A program made the position numbers and the translations under genes. Positions 11,790 to 25,337 of a DNA stretch of 64,000 bases are shown one piece after another; the stretch's first letter is position 1; every line of letters begins with the position of its first letter. The stretch spans positions 1-64,000 of the forward strand of contig NMRA01000223.1 in NCBI GenBank assembly GCA_002633005.1, in the 5' to 3' direction. The DNA is from Phoronis australis. Its lineage: Eukaryota; Animalia; Phoronida. A model generated the notes under the pieces. It saw only the letters and a list, made by a program, of their open reading frames with translations, ran no database searches and had not been told where the DNA came from.

Positions 11790-12031
11790 CCATATCATAC
11801 TCTGGCCACCCAAAGATGCCGTGACACCTCGTACAACAGACAGGTCCCTCACTTGCCACTTTAAGTGCGTCACGATGGACAATGCATGAGAAGTCTCCCA
11901 CCAGACAGTCGTGACTTCGTGGACTCATTGATAGTTGGTTAACTGATTTTGGCTTGCCATGGTTACAACAGAACAGGTTGCTACTCATCTCTGACCAAGA
12001 GCTTGAAGGCAGCGGCAACACTCTGTCAAAC
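11790..12031 (-). CDS. UBE3D: UBE3D-like exon (242 nt)
   Basis: FDRVLPLPSSSWSEMSSNLFCCNHG...PRSHDCLVGD...VCCTRCHGIFG matches the UBE3D RVLPLPS..W / DC.+GD / CxxC motifs; gacAG/GTGAGT borders. Confidence 0.92.
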
Positions 12032-12267
12032 CTGTCATGAAAATGACTCACATTGTCACCAACAAAAAGCAGTTACTAAATTATGAAAGCAATGTACACT
12101 ACGTCTGGGAGTTTGCACATTTATTCAGCCACTATAATTGCTAGTAGCGTGGGATGTTCCAATCTGCCATCTTCAAATCGTGATGCATCAGGTGTTTTTG
12201 TTTTCCATCGACGGAAAGAAGATCTACCAGCTGCATGTATCTCATATTGACAGATGAATATAAAAAT

Positions 12268-14790
12268 TACGAGAGCGCTCGGAGGAACGACACTTGGCGA
12301 AATTAAGCGAAAAGACGACAATAGGGAGGAGGAGGACGATGACGACGATGAAGGCGGCGATTATGAACAACACGACAACATCCATTTGACTAGCGAAGAA
12401 ATTACTAAGAAATAGGCTGCAGTCTTGTTCAATAGAAGCTAAACCAACATCAATGCAGCAAGAGCGCTCAACAAAGGAACAGCGAAATCAGAAAATCTCG
12501 AGTAATTCGAAAAGTACATGTCCAAGCGAAAACTGGAAAACATCATCTGAAAGCCCGTTCAAAACTCTATCTAAATTGATAATAACGCACAATTCTGTTA
12601 ATTTTTCAAAAAAATTGAAATTTTGAATTTTTTTTTGAAATTCAAAGTCAAATAACTCCAAAATGGTAACTTCGAGAGAAACGTTATCGCAGAGCTTTTG
12701 AAAGAGCATACTTGAAGGAATCCACATGCAAAAATTCACGTCATTAGCTCTTCCCGTTAAAGATGCGACCGCAGAACGACCGAAAATGGGTGAAAATGCG
12801 CCAGAGCCGCCATCTTTAAAGTGACTTCCGGTTAAATTATTTTTTATAACAGCCAATCAAACGAAACAAACAGGTGAGGAGATTGAAAATGATTGGTTCA
12901 CCAATGCGCCCTCTACAGCCTGGAGAAAATGTTTTCGGCCAGATATTGAGGTGCGCATGCGCCATGGCCAATATTTCCACCATCGTTGACCGGAAGTTGC
13001 CAATTTACTGCGCAGTTGTAGTACTTGTGTTCCGTAATAATCGTACCAACTTTCAGCCCTGTACTTTGAAAAATGCGGCCATTATAGGCATTTGAATCTG
13101 AAACCAGGAACAAAATGGCTGCCATGTCAGCCATTTTGAATGCGACCATGACCAAAAACAATAGGCTTCCAGGACTTCCAGATTTACACGTCGTGTGCGA
13201 ATTTCGTGCGGATCGGACGACAATTGCGACCTGTAGAGTGTGAACAAAAAAACGAGAGCGCTCGGAGGAGCGACACTTGGCGAAATTACGCGAAAACAGG
13301 ACGATGGGGAGGAGGACGACGGCGATCATGATGATGAAGGAGGAGATTATGAACAACATGATAACATTCATGTGACTAGCGAACAAATAAGTAACTGTAG
13401 AAATAGCCTGCAGTCTTGTTCACGCACCCAGTAAACTGGCAACAGTGCGAGAGCGCTCGGAGGAGCGACACTTGGCGAAATTACGCGAAAACAGGACAAT
13501 GGGGAAGACAACGATCATGACGATGAAGGCGGAGATTATGAACAACATGACAACATTCATGTGACTAGCAAACAAATCAGTAAGAAATAGCCTGCAGTCT
13601 TCTTCACGCACCCGGTAAACTGGCAACAGTGCGAGAGCGCTCGGAGGAGCAACACTTGGCGAAATTACGATGAAGGCAGAGATTAAGAACAACATGATAA
13701 CATTCATACGACGAACTCAGATATCATAAATTAGTAAGAAATAAGCTGCAGTCTTGTTCAAATAAACTAAACCAACATCAATGCAGTAAGAGGACTCAAC
13801 AAAGGAACAGAACTATCAGAAAATATCAAATAATTCGAAAAGTAGACGTCCCAGCGAAAAATGGAAAACATCTTCTGAAAGTCCGTTCAAAACTCTGTCT
13901 AAATTGATAGTTTCGCAACATTCCATAATTTTTTCGAAAAAATTGAAATTTTGCGTTTTTTTTTTTGAAATTCAAAGTCAAATAACTCGAAAACGGTCAG
14001 TCTGAGAAAAACGTTATCGCAGAACTGTTGAAAGAGCATACTTCAAGGAACCCACATGCAAAAATTCACGTCATTTGCTCTTCCTCTTAAAAATGCGACC
14101 GTAGAACGATTGAAAACGGGCGAAAATGCGCCAGAGCCGCCATCTTGAAAGCGACTTCCGGTTAAACACAATTTTATAAAATCCAATCAATAGCAACAAA
14201 CACGTGACCAGTTTGTCGCAGAACTTTTGAAAGAGAATACTTCAAGGAATCCACATGCAAAAATTCACGTCATTTGCTTTTCCCCGATAAAATGCGACAG
14301 CAGAATGATTGAAAACGGGTGAAAATGCGCCAGAGCTGCCATCTTGAAAGTGACTTCAGGTTAAACAAAATTTTATAAAAGCCGATTACTAGCAACAAAC
14401 ATGTGACCAGTTTGAAAATGATTGGTTTGCCGATACGCCCTCTACAGGAGGAAATGTTTTTGGCCAGATATCGAGGTGCGCATGCGCCACTTCCAATAGT
14501 TCTGCCATCTTTGGCCGGAAGTCAACGATTTTCGACACAGTTGTAGCACGTGTTCTATAATAATCGTACCACGTTTCAGCTCAGTACGTCAAAAAATGCG
14601 GCCTCTATGAGCATTTGACTCTGAAATCGGAAACAAAATGGCCGACACGTCCGTCATTTTGAATCCCATCATGACCAAAAACAATAGGCTTCCAGGACTT
14701 TCCGATCTACACGTCGCGTGCAAATTTCGTGAGAATCGGAGGACGAAAATTGCGACCTGTAGAGTGCGAACAAAAAAAAAATTGACGACA
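12268..14790. mobile_element. Tandem copies of a second non-autonomous repeat family (possibly Helentron/DINE-like)
   Basis: Head gagagcgctcggaggagcgacacttggcgaaatta at ~12270, 13254, 13449 and 13633; ~1-kb unit (12268-13250) repeated in 13251-14790 with internal duplications. Confidence 0.65.
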
Positions 14791-15056
14791 GAGCAACATA
14801 CTTGTCGGAATTCAAAGAAGAAGGACAACCTCTGAGAAAGCACAACTTGATTAATGTTCCCTACAAATGACATTTGTCCATTTGATTAGTGCTATTTCTC
14901 TACAAATGGGTAGGTTTTTATATTGCGTGCGTATCCCAATATTTCAGTGATAAAAATTGACTGCTTCCTGAGTAGCATAAATTGTATTTATACAAACGTT
15001 GGAGCTGGGTAGGAAAAATAATTTTTTATTTTTTAACACCTGAACTTTGACATGCC

Positions 15057-15275
15057 TAACTGCATACATACACTGGAAAATGTGTATAGTCAGAATAAAT
15101 GTACACCTACACTGGAAAATGTGCTATGTCACAATAATTGCAGGCATACACTTGGAAATGTGTACTATCACAATAACTGCACACGTACATATGTTTAGTC
15201 ACAATAACAGCACACATACACTGGGAAATGTGTACAGTCACAATAACAGCACACATACACTGAGAAATGTGCACC
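15057..15275. repeat. ~35-bp diverged minisatellite
   Basis: acacatacactggaaaatgtgtaYagtcacaataac-like unit, about 6 copies. Confidence 0.75.
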
Positions 15276-15446
15276 GTCACTATAGAAATGCACCATTGTC
15301 ACAAATGCGCTCAAAGGTGAACACTGCATAGTAATGAGGTTAGTCCAAAAACCTGTTACAGTGCACAACTCAAAGGCAACATATGGCACAAACTGTAACA
15401 TGTCACTCCACGCACAATCAACTTTCAGTTAGACAAACAAAACCTG

Positions 15447-15583
15447 CCATCAACCTGCTTTGGTCATCAACCCGCTCTAACCATCAACCCNTCATCAACC
15501 CGCTCTGGTCATCAACCCGCTCTGGCCATCCACCCGCTCTGGCCATCCATCCGCTCTGGCCATCAACCCGCTCTAGCCATCAA
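15447..15583. repeat. 17-bp minisatellite (N at 15491)
   Basis: catcaacccgctctggc unit. Confidence 0.8.
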
Positions 15584-16539
15584 ACAAGAAATTTATCTAG
15601 ACACCCTATCACTATAAAACTGGTCTGAGATGAGGTTTGTGAGCTAGGAAAGTAAGTACAACAGTTGGTTCTTGCAGAAGACTGTGCTTGGCGCACAAAA
15701 TAGGTGAACACTCCTTGACAAGCCAGCTTGTTGAACCTGGTCTTAACTGAACAGTAAGTTCTTTCCAAGCCATCAATAAGTTAACAACGAACATGCTGAG
15801 TTTAAAAACTGTTAGTTAACTGCATCAAAGAAATTTGTTTTTAACCAAAACAAGTTTATAGCAGCATTAAAGACTACAGATTGCTTGATGTACCGACTTC
15901 ACGTAATTGAAAGAAAACTTTGAACCACGCAACAAACAAGCAAGTATTGCTTTCCATGAAAATAGCCTGTTTATTAATGCTTTTTTGCATTCTTAGACTG
16001 CCTGGTACATCTGGTGATGATTCCAATAGTTTTCATTGTTCAAGACAGGGCACAGCCCTGAACAACTGTCCTAAAATACAAGTCTCACTCCGTTTAGAGC
16101 ATTCTGTTCAAAGGCTCAGAAGAATCATGTACCATAATGGACAGCATTAACAGTAAGGTCAAATTGTAGCAACACACAACATTGAGTAACAGTAGGACTT
16201 CAACAAAATCATACATAAAAAGGATGTATTAAAGGAGCATGCCACCCAAAAAACAACATAATTTGTATCAATTTAGATCGAGTAGTTCTACTCGACAACG
16301 GCACGTACGGTTGCGTTACCTGACACCTGACAGTAGATGGATGTGTTGAAATTATCCAGTGACGTAGTTGGTTTCACACGCAGTATATTCAGCAGTTCAC
16401 AACACCGGTTACTGGTGTCAGCTTATCGCTTGAATTCATCATTTAACACCAATAAATCATCAAAATTCGATGTAAAACCCTTAAAAATACACCGAGTTCT
16501 TATAAAAACGTGTTGTTTTATTTCGCTGTTACGAATTCA

Positions 16540-17937
16540 CCGTATTCGCTGTAATAACCACCCAGGGCGCTTAGAAAAGTTCGGTTCAGTGGGGGCGCTT
16601 ATTACAACCCGAGGTCGTTGAAACCCGGTTTCCGAAACAGGTGAAATCGGAAGCTAAGATTCATCAAATTTACGCTCTGTGACGTGTATGTAATCTATGA
16701 AAGACTTTCAACAAAACTGTGGTGTATTGCTATCAAACTTTGCTGCTAAATTACGATCATTTTACAGAAAAATGTGCTGAAATCCCAGGGAGAAAACTCG
16801 CCGACTGACTGCCTCGAAATCGCCGTCTTCGATATGGCGACTTCAATGCTTGAATAAAAATGGTTCTGACTCAAGCAAATTACGTGAAATCTTCATTAAG
16901 TTTTATAAGTAGCGTCTCTAAGATAATTTAAGTTCCCGTGGAGTCTGGATTAATGGCAGGTTTAAGTACAAATCTGTGCAACATCGTGCCATCTACATGT
17001 ATAATCGGCAACACGGCGAAAAAAATGTCTGGACGAACACACATGTTGTTGTCACGTGACGTTTGTTTTGAAGTTCGTCTGCGAGTAAGCGAGCGCGTGC
17101 GTGTCACCAGAGTTCATTTGCCAAAGCAGAGACCGTCTTTTGGCCAGAGCCAGGCAATCTAACTAGCTAGATGTGTCTAAAGAAATTTGCACAAGCAGTA
17201 GGCCTAAACCAGAGCGTGTTTCATTCAGCACTTGCCGATCTCGTGCTAAAAACTTTCGACATTTGTCTCGGTGAGGCCCATATTAGTCGCTGTGTAGCTG
17301 GATGACAGTTATTTTTCGGTGTAAGGGTGTGAAAGCATTCACTGTCAGTTGTCATTTTATCGGATATTCGGCTTAAAAACACCAATTATGGTTAATCAAA
17401 CAATCTATTTCAAAAATAACGCAAACATGTTTTATAGTATTAGAAACTGTCAGAAATTAGTGCCAATATTCATTTCTGGTCGATGCTATGCTTCCCGTTT
17501 CATGAATGGATAGTTCCCGACTAATGTCTTTGATGACAGGTTCATGTATGTAGCGCGCGCTTCCTGGCCACGTGCGTTTAACACCGAGTTATTTTTATTC
17601 ATGAGACAGTCAATGTGTCTACTGAAAGGTCAGACCATAGTGGAACACGGTCGTCGCGAGAGCGTAGCAATGCTGTTGCGTTCTTTTTGAAGCGCTGTGT
17701 TACTTTGAAGTGTAAAGTCACGGCTAAATACAAACGTACATGTAGCAGTGCCGCTGGTGGTCTAGAAGACCCGTGCAAAATTTTTTTGATAAATTGAAGA
17801 CGTTACTGTAGCCGAGGACTGCAGGTATGTCATTGTTCGCATGTACACGTTCATGGACTGGGCGCTTATTTCAGCAAAGTCTGAAAACGCGTGGGGGGCG
17901 CTTATAGAGGCATGGGCAGTTATTACGGCGAATACGG
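16540..17937. mobile_element. ~1.4-kb non-autonomous Tc1/mariner(pogo)-type element
   Basis: TIRs ccgtattcgctgtaataac / gttattacggcgaatacgg; flanks CA and TA; inverted copy at 30251-31654; empty site visible near 54235-54250. Confidence 0.85.
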
Positions 17938-18114
17938 TATTGGTATTTGGACACACCCGGCAGTAGCTTACAGAGTTCGGCAGGCAAAGGTCCATAGCAG
18001 GAGATGTGTAGTTAGTGTAGCTTAGTGTAGTTAGTGCTTGCACTTTCTAGCTTTCAGCTTCTACGACCACCTAGTCCTCTGAGACGAATTAGGAAGGCAT
18101 ATATAAGACCCGCC

Positions 18115-18217
18115 TTGGTGGCCTTTAACTACCTCTAATCAAGACTCTTGCAGTACCTCCTCGTGGTACACCATGGTAACTGGGCACCCTGCGGCCCCAG
18201 GCTAAATTTTGCAAGGG
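18115..18217 (+). ncRNA. Putative HDV-like self-cleaving ribozyme at the 5' end of the LINE
   Basis: P2 cttgcag/ttgcaag; P3-L3-P3 acc-tcctcgt-ggt; P1' acaccat followed by GG (P1.1); P4 ctggg...cccag; J4/2 gCtaa; candidate P1 strand ttggtgg at 18115 is imperfect. Confidence 0.7.
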
Positions 18218-20331
18218 ATCTCGGAAGAGGTTAGGCTCTTAAAGGTGCAACGTGCATGACCCATCGGTGTATGGATATGCTCTGGCGTTCACCAACCTAA
18301 CTCCCAGCTATGGGCAAATAGCACCCTTCATTGGTTGGGCTCAAGACTTACTACCTTGTCCCGTAAAATACTAGCTTTTTGTGGCTGAGCGGACGTGGTG
18401 CCTTTCAGATGCTCTCCACATCCCTGGCACTCAACGGTCAGAAGAACTGCAGGGAGCTGCAGGTGGAGCCGACCCCCCCATCAGAGTGGACGAAGTGTCT
18501 GTTGGATACCTTACTTGTCCTACGCACTCAACGTTCAGAAGGGCAGGAGACGACGGATTGTCTTCTTGGTCAGGGGTCCGGGAGAGGTCACTCCCGGCTG
18601 CCAAATTGTGTCAGTGAACATACCGGTGCGTGGCAGTTTACCGATTCTAAGCCATCACCTCATCGGCGTCAGGTGGGCGTCAGGGGCCACGCATGACCGT
18701 GGGAGGGGTTCTTTAACCCTTATTGGTCAGTTGCCGCCCGCCTTAGCCTGGCAGCCCCAGGCCAGTAGGGAACTGACCCGCTGCGGTTAGCCTGCCCCTT
18801 TGGGCGTAGGGGGCTTAGAGGTTGTTACAACCTCGACAGGCTTATCGTTACTCCATCGCCTGCTTCAAGACTTATTACAGAAGTAAACGTCCATACGGAT
18901 GCTGGACGACGCGACTGGAAAAGTGCAGCCAGACAGAACATCCGCCGTGGCGCCAGAAAGCGCGGACCTAGAAAGAAACGCAGAGGTAAAAGAGCTTGCA
19001 AACGTGCCCGACAACTCAAGTACGAAAGACTTCAACTCAACCGTCTCAGGATTGGTTACTGTAATATACGTGGCATACATGGCAGCAAGCACATACTGGA
19101 TAAAATCTGTGCGGGCTACGACATTCTCCTGTTCCAAGAAACCAAACTCAAGGACCTAACAGACTTTGAACTCGAAGGTTTCATTTTTCCTAGAGAGTGC
19201 ATCACCAATGGCCTGGCGTACGCAATCAAGAAAGACAGCCACACCATGGTAGAGGTTGTGGATACTCAGTTTCACTACCACTGACAGGCAACTACAGATT
19301 ATAAGTGTTACTGATCCTGGTTTCTGCGACCCATTCACACTAGTCAATCTGTATATACGGGGAAACTCCTCCCCTAGTTGCGACCATTGGAATTTTCTTC
19401 ACAATCTGCTTCACATCTATCCCGACATTCTCATTGTTGGTGACTTTAATGCTTGTCATTCCAGCTGGGATGTCTACGGTGTGAACCCAAATGGTAAAGG
19501 TCTCGCCGAATGCCTTCCAGAACTAGATTTATATATTTTCAACTCTGGTGAACCCACAAGGATGGCTGAGAGACCGGGTGACAAGGACTCGTGCATTGAC
19601 TTTGCTCTGAGCAGCGACAATCTTACATAAGCATGTATGCCAACACAGGAGGCAGAACCCCCCTACTTGGTGGAATAAAGATGTTGACACTTCCTGGGCC
19701 AACAAGTGCTCCAAAGAGCGGGATTTTGATCGTGCACGCCAAAACTGCACACCGGAAGAGTTCACGGTCATCAGAACAGCCAGAAACAGGGCCACTGCCC
19801 TGTTCAAACGCTCAGCATCCGAGGCTGCCAATTGTCGATGGGATGAGCTTTGCAGCCGATCCAACTTGACAGCTACAGATTTCTGGCACTTCCATCGTAA
19901 CATCGATCCTACTGAATGCAAGCAACACCATTCTCAGAAATGACAGGGAACAGGGTGAGGCTTTTCTCCTACATTTCATCCAGCAAAGTGACCACAGTGA
20001 TGAATCTGAAAGAAACCTCCTCATCCAACAGCTAGATGGACTTTGCAAGACAGCTGAACAGGACAGTCAATTCTCTACAGTAGAGGTTGCGGATGCTATG
20101 AAAACTTGCCCCTGGCCCCGATGGCGTGAGAGTCCTGACACTCAAGTCTTTGCCCGACTTTCTGCTGGCCAAGCTTGTGGAGTCTTACAACGTCAGTTTG
20201 GCCACTGGAATCATCCCTCACATCTGGACAGATGCCTTCTTAATTCCTGAACCAAAACCTGGAAAAGACCATCGTGCACTCAAGGGATATCGCATCATAG
20301 TGATGCAGAACGTCATTGGAAAAATCCCTGN

Positions 20332-21659
20332 AGTTGCTTAAAGCACCACAGAAACATAGAATTAAAAACAAATTTACCAACATACGAGATTAGCACAGCA
20401 TTAGAATGCAAGAAACAAATTTCTACATGGAACTTTTCCTTCATAGTCACGAAGTAACACAAAGTATACACCTGAAGACCTATGAAGATACAGAGGTCAA
20501 GAAGTAAAATACTAAAATTGACACTAGAGGCATACCGGTAGTCAGAATCATCCTAAAGTCGTCATCGTCCGTTGTCAACATCACATAAATACACTTGCTA
20601 AATTTAGTAAAGGTCCTGCAAATGGTTTGGGAGATACAGCCATGGGCGCAAAAAAAAAACTGCCACTAGGAGGCGCCACAGTAATCAAAGTCATGGGAAA
20701 TTCAGCATCAACCGTCCTCTTCATAGTAAGAACATACATGCCAATTTTCACAATCATACTTTTGCGGTTTGGTTGATAGAGGGGTGGACGCCAAAAAACA
20801 GACTCAAAAACAGCAAAAATGGCCACTGGGTGTCGCAAACTAGGTCGAATCCATCCGAAAACGGGAGGATAGCGTTATCGCACTAATAGGTGCCTACATA
20901 CCAAATTTCATGAAAATCCGTTAAGGACTTGTGAAGATACAGAGGTAAACGTAAAAAAATAAAATTGCCACTAGGGGACACACTGGTAGGCGGATCCGTC
21001 CAAAAGTCGTCATCGTCTGTTGTTAATATCATATAAATACACTTATTAAATTTCGTAAAGATCCTGCGAACGGTTTAGGAGATACAGCCATAGGCGCAAA
21101 AAAAAACTGCCACTAGGAGGCGCCACAGTAGTCCAAATCGTCTGAAAATCATTGTTAGCTGTCCTCTTTATAGTAAGCACATACACGCCAATTTTCACAA
21201 TCATCCTTTGAGCGGTTTGGTTGATAGAGGGGTGGACGCAAAAATAGACTCGAAAACAGTAAAAATGGCCACTAGATGGCGCAAACTATGTCGAATCCAT
21301 CCGAAAACGGGAGGATAGCGTCATCTCACTAATAGGTGCCTACATACCAAATTTCATGAAAATCCGTTAAGGACTTTTGAAAATACAAAAGTAAGCATAA
21401 AAAAATTAAAATTGCCACTAGGGGGCACACTGGTAGTCGGATCCGTCCAAAAGTCGTCATCTTTCGTTGTTAACATCATATAAATATACTTACACAATTT
21501 TGTAAAGATCCTGCGAACGGTTTAGGAGATACAGCCATAGGCGCAAAAAAAACTGCCACTAGGAGGCGCCACAGTCGTCGAAGTCGTCGGAAAATCATCG
21601 TCAACCGTCCTCTACATAGTAAGCATATACATGCCAATTTTCACAATCATCCTTTGAGC
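20332..21659. repeat. N-bounded block of the Helentron/DINE-like ~450-bp repeat (probably a misplaced contig)
   Basis: Begins nearly identical to 26224 onward; bounded by N at 20331 and 21660; splits the LINE RT between GKIP and TKLIEPW. Confidence 0.75.
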
Positions 21660-24439
21660 NTCACCAAGTTAATTGAACCCTGGCTCCTCCCAGGAATGGG
21701 TGCTTATCAACCTGGTGGAGATTCATGGGCCAATGCAGCTTCTGTTGCAGATGAGATATGGCAAGGTTTTGAAAACAAAGAAAACACTCGCCTCATTCGC
21801 CTTGATCTAGAAGATGCGTACAATTCTGTTCAACTTCCAAAACTTGCGGATGGCATGCTTCATCTCGTTATTCCTGTACGATGCATTAGATGGGTGATGA
21901 GTGCCCTCAACAGCCGGCGATGCATGCTAAAACATCGCACATGGCGTTCAGAATGGGTATCTGTCAACACAGGCTTACCCCAAGGTTCGCCTCTGTCCCC
22001 AGTGCTGTTCAATATCTACACCCTCCCACTCGCCAGACTGAACCGCGCTGACTGCCAACTTCGCACCTTTGCAGACGACATGCTGCTGTCATCGCAAGGA
22101 CAAACACATCATGAGATTCTCCACAAAGCAGTCTACATTGATGGAAATCTGCGAGTTTTGTGCTACCAGCGGAATGAGCTGCAATGGAGACAAATGTGAA
22201 GCTCTCTTCTGTACTCTGGACAATCGCCTCAGTGTTGATGATTTCCCTTGCCCTACCTACGATGGGTAGAACTTCACAACTCAAGTTAACAGTATGATCA
22301 GCCGTGCTAACAGAGGAATCAATGCCCTTAGGGCTGCGGCTGATCGGAAGGCGGAGGAAAGGCACCTCGTCATGCTTTATAAAGCCCTGGTCACTTCGGT
22401 CTTCGACTATGCTCTCCCCATGATCAACATCAGTAAAAATCAAATCAACAGACTTGAGAGGCTCCAAAACATTGGTCTTCGCGTCATCACTGGATGTATG
22501 AGATCTACGTCAGTCACTGCATTACGTTACCTTGTCGGTGTTCCCAGCATTGCAGACAGACAATCTCTTCTACAAGGTATTACTGTAGCCAAGGCTGTTC
22601 AAAGCCCCTTCCATCCATTACACAGTCAATTGAAGACTGCACTTGACAGGTGCGTGAACCCCGTCCCTGCAACAGAAACTTATGGACTTCGTCCTAGACC
22701 TTTTCGCAATGCCTCCCACCAAAGACTTAGCAGGTGCTCGTGGACTGTCGCTGCTGTTAATGCAACCATGGGTCTCATCGGCGAACACATGATCGCGCAA
22801 GATGCTGCTTGGCTGCCAGTACAAGAACTTGGTGAGGAACAGAATGTCATCATTGCTTTCAACAGAGAAGCTCGGGAATGGCCTCCAGGAGTAGCCCAAG
22901 CATTGTGCCGTCAGCAATGGCGTGATCTTGGCGGTATTAATGCCATCATTGTAGCAACTGATGGATCCTTCGATGGTGAAACTAATCGTGCGGGATGGGG
23001 TTATTAAATACGCTGTGCTAACAACGTCATTGCGGAAGGTAGTGGCTGCCACCATGTATACACAAGCAGTACGCAGATGGAGTTTGAGGCTGTACAACGT
23101 GCCCTAACCAAGCTGTCACTCCTAGACCTGGAGAATCACACCATTATCTTTGCCACCGATTCCATGGCAGTGTTGATGAAAGTTCATTCTGGAAACCTCC
23201 CAGCCAACTGGGGTGTCTTCCGATCACGCCACCCTCATCATGTAGTGATCTGGTCTTTCGTACCTGGCCACGCCGGTGTCTTGATTAATGAGCGTGCAGA
23301 TTACCTCGCTGGCTCATGCACCACCAACCAACCAACCCCTCTATTCGGCTGACGTTAAGTTGTTGGCCCGCAAACGCAACCTCGATCAGACTGCATCCCA
23401 ACTGGCTGAGTTCAGTGATGGCAGCCGCCTGCTCGAAGCCGGTATTATTTATCGCCATGGTNACTAATCGTGCGGGATGGGGTTATCAAATACGCTGTGC
23501 TAACAACGTCATTGCGGAAGGTAGTGGCTGCCACCATGTGTACACAAGCACTACGTGGATGGAGTTTGAGGCTATACAATGTGCCCTAACCAAGCTGTCA
23601 CTCCTAGACCTGGAGAATCTCACCATTATCTTTGCCACCAATTCCATGGCAGTGTTGATGAAAGTTCAATCTGGAAACCTCCCAGCCAACTGGGGCGTCT
23701 TCCGATCACGCCACCCTCATCATGTAGTGATCTGGTCTTCGTACCTGGCCACGCCGGTGTCTTGATTAATGAGCGTGCAGATTACTTCGCTGGCTCATGC
23801 ACCACCAACCAACCCCTCTACTTATATTCGGCTGACGTTAAGATGCTGGTCCGCAAACGCAACCTCGAGCAGCCTGCATCCCAACTGGCTGAGTTCAATT
23901 ATGGCAGCCGACTGCTCGCAGCCGGTATTATTTATGGCCATGCTGTGAAGAGTCACAAGAAAAGCCGTGCCTGAGTGCTGTCAAATCAAATGCTTACAGG
24001 CAACGTCAGCCCTGGAGTTCTGCGCCTTCTGCTGTCACGGGGATGGTCTGGGGAGGGGAATAATGCACCAGCATATCCCCAATGATCCTGTCCGTGACAG
24101 GTATTACAGGTATTATCACTCACGAGCACTCCAAAGGCATTACAAATGGCATCTAATGAGACAGACCTTGTTTCAGTTTTATATTGGTTCGGGTGAGAAT
24201 GATTCATTTTTAGACACAGCGCTCAGTAACAAACGTCAACATACTAAGTGGCAACTCGCAATCCCGACTTAGACAAGAGCTCATCCCGACGAAGACTTCG
24301 CAGGTGGATCGTTAAGTTTCATAGGCTATCAGTTCGAACCGGAATACAGTAATAAAGAAATACTAGAGAGGTGCCGTGAACAAGTTCAGACAACGGAATG
24401 TATGGATAGCTTTTGATAAGCTGGCATTCGTCAGGCACT

Positions 24440-24635
24440 GTCGACGACTGCAGGCCACAGACACACGGAGATGTTTCACGACCTGATACTTGCTATTTAC
24501 AGCGTACTTTTCATTCTTCACTACTGCTAGCCACTTCCTAAGCATTTCGTACTCTCGAGGAAGTCGATAAAATGATATACAAGCTTTCCTCACAGCTGCA
24601 TAGTTCGGACAAGCGGGAACGATGCACCGCAACAT
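24440..24635 (-). pseudogene. THAP zinc-finger remnant of the Kolobok element
   Basis: MLRCIVPACPN...ISFYRLP...RKWL...KHLRVS; the terminal CxxHF is decayed. Confidence 0.8.
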
Positions 24636-25337
24636 AGCGGCATTCACTCTGCAAATGAACCACTGACGTCGCTGCGTCATTTCTCACCTTCCTCACATGT
24701 TTACGCGACACCTCTCGGCAATTTAAGGTCGACCGTATGCGAGGCGATGTGGATATAGACGGATTAAGACGGCAAAAAAGACAAATTCAATCGGGTGGCA
24801 TTCTCCTTTAAGTTGATGCTTCGCCCACTTTTAATTTATCCAGGCCCCCAATATAATAAAAACTTTGCAAATGCCAAATATTTACCGAAGCACTATTCAG
24901 CAGATGAAAAAAACACATTTCAACCAAAAATTCGTCCTCAAAAGATATAAATATTGTGCAACATATACTTGTCTAAGGTTCCGAAATGCATTAGTAAATA
25001 GATATCCCATGTTTCGCCAAACTGTCATTAACATATTGACCTGGAATTTACAAAAAACACACGCAAAGAACAATCTTTGTCCATAGCAAATTCTGGAAAT
25101 GGTTGTAACCATGGCAATCCATTCCATATACAAAAATTGAAGATGTTTTGAATTTTGATGTATAGACTGATTTTTGAAAATCTACTGGATATTATATAGA
25201 CTGCCTCTTAATCAGTATCATTCACCACATCTGTGTCAACATTCACATAGCAAAAGTACCATCACCACATGTGTGTAAACATTCACATAATTATGCAAAG
25301 CACAAGTGAGATAAAGAACAGAGACTACTACACTAAC

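Larger units (their letters stand above)
18110..24115 (+). mobile_element. Decayed single-ORF non-LTR retrotransposon with APE endonuclease, RT and RNase H (Ingi/I-group-like)
   Basis: From ~18900 a basic tract, then LRIGYCNIRG..DILLFQET, VGDFNA, SCIDFAL; RT GLPQGSPLSPVLFN, FADD; RNase H ATDGS, MEFEA, TDS, VPGHAGVLINERAD; many frameshifts and stops; N-bounded foreign block at 20332-21659; duplication at N 23462. Confidence 0.9.
16233..24807. mobile_element. Kolobok-type DNA transposon (non-autonomous) carrying nested insertions
   Basis: TTAA TSD (16229-16232 and 24808-24811); 15-bp TIRs aggagcatgccaccc / gggtggcattctcct (14/15 match); THAP remnant near the right end; homologous copy at 54092-55493. 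Confidence 0.85.

Noticed and set aside
12268-13710. Acidic (DDDDEGGD) and hydrophobic ORFs in the ORF track
   Set aside because: They are translations of a non-coding tandem repeat head on both strands
15640-16110. Possible UBE3D 5' exons (VRLV..DSCSGL and LACQG-like strings)
   Set aside because: They need stops or frameshifts and lie downstream of the clean exon at 25338-25506, which already supplies LHLRL and CxxC
16938-17162. 74-aa ORF duplicated at 31043-31267
   Set aside because: It lies inside the non-autonomous MITE, has a non-ATG start and shows no recognisable domain
22981-23940. Tandem double RNase H domain in the LINE
   Set aside because: The duplication is centred on N 23462 and is likely an artefact
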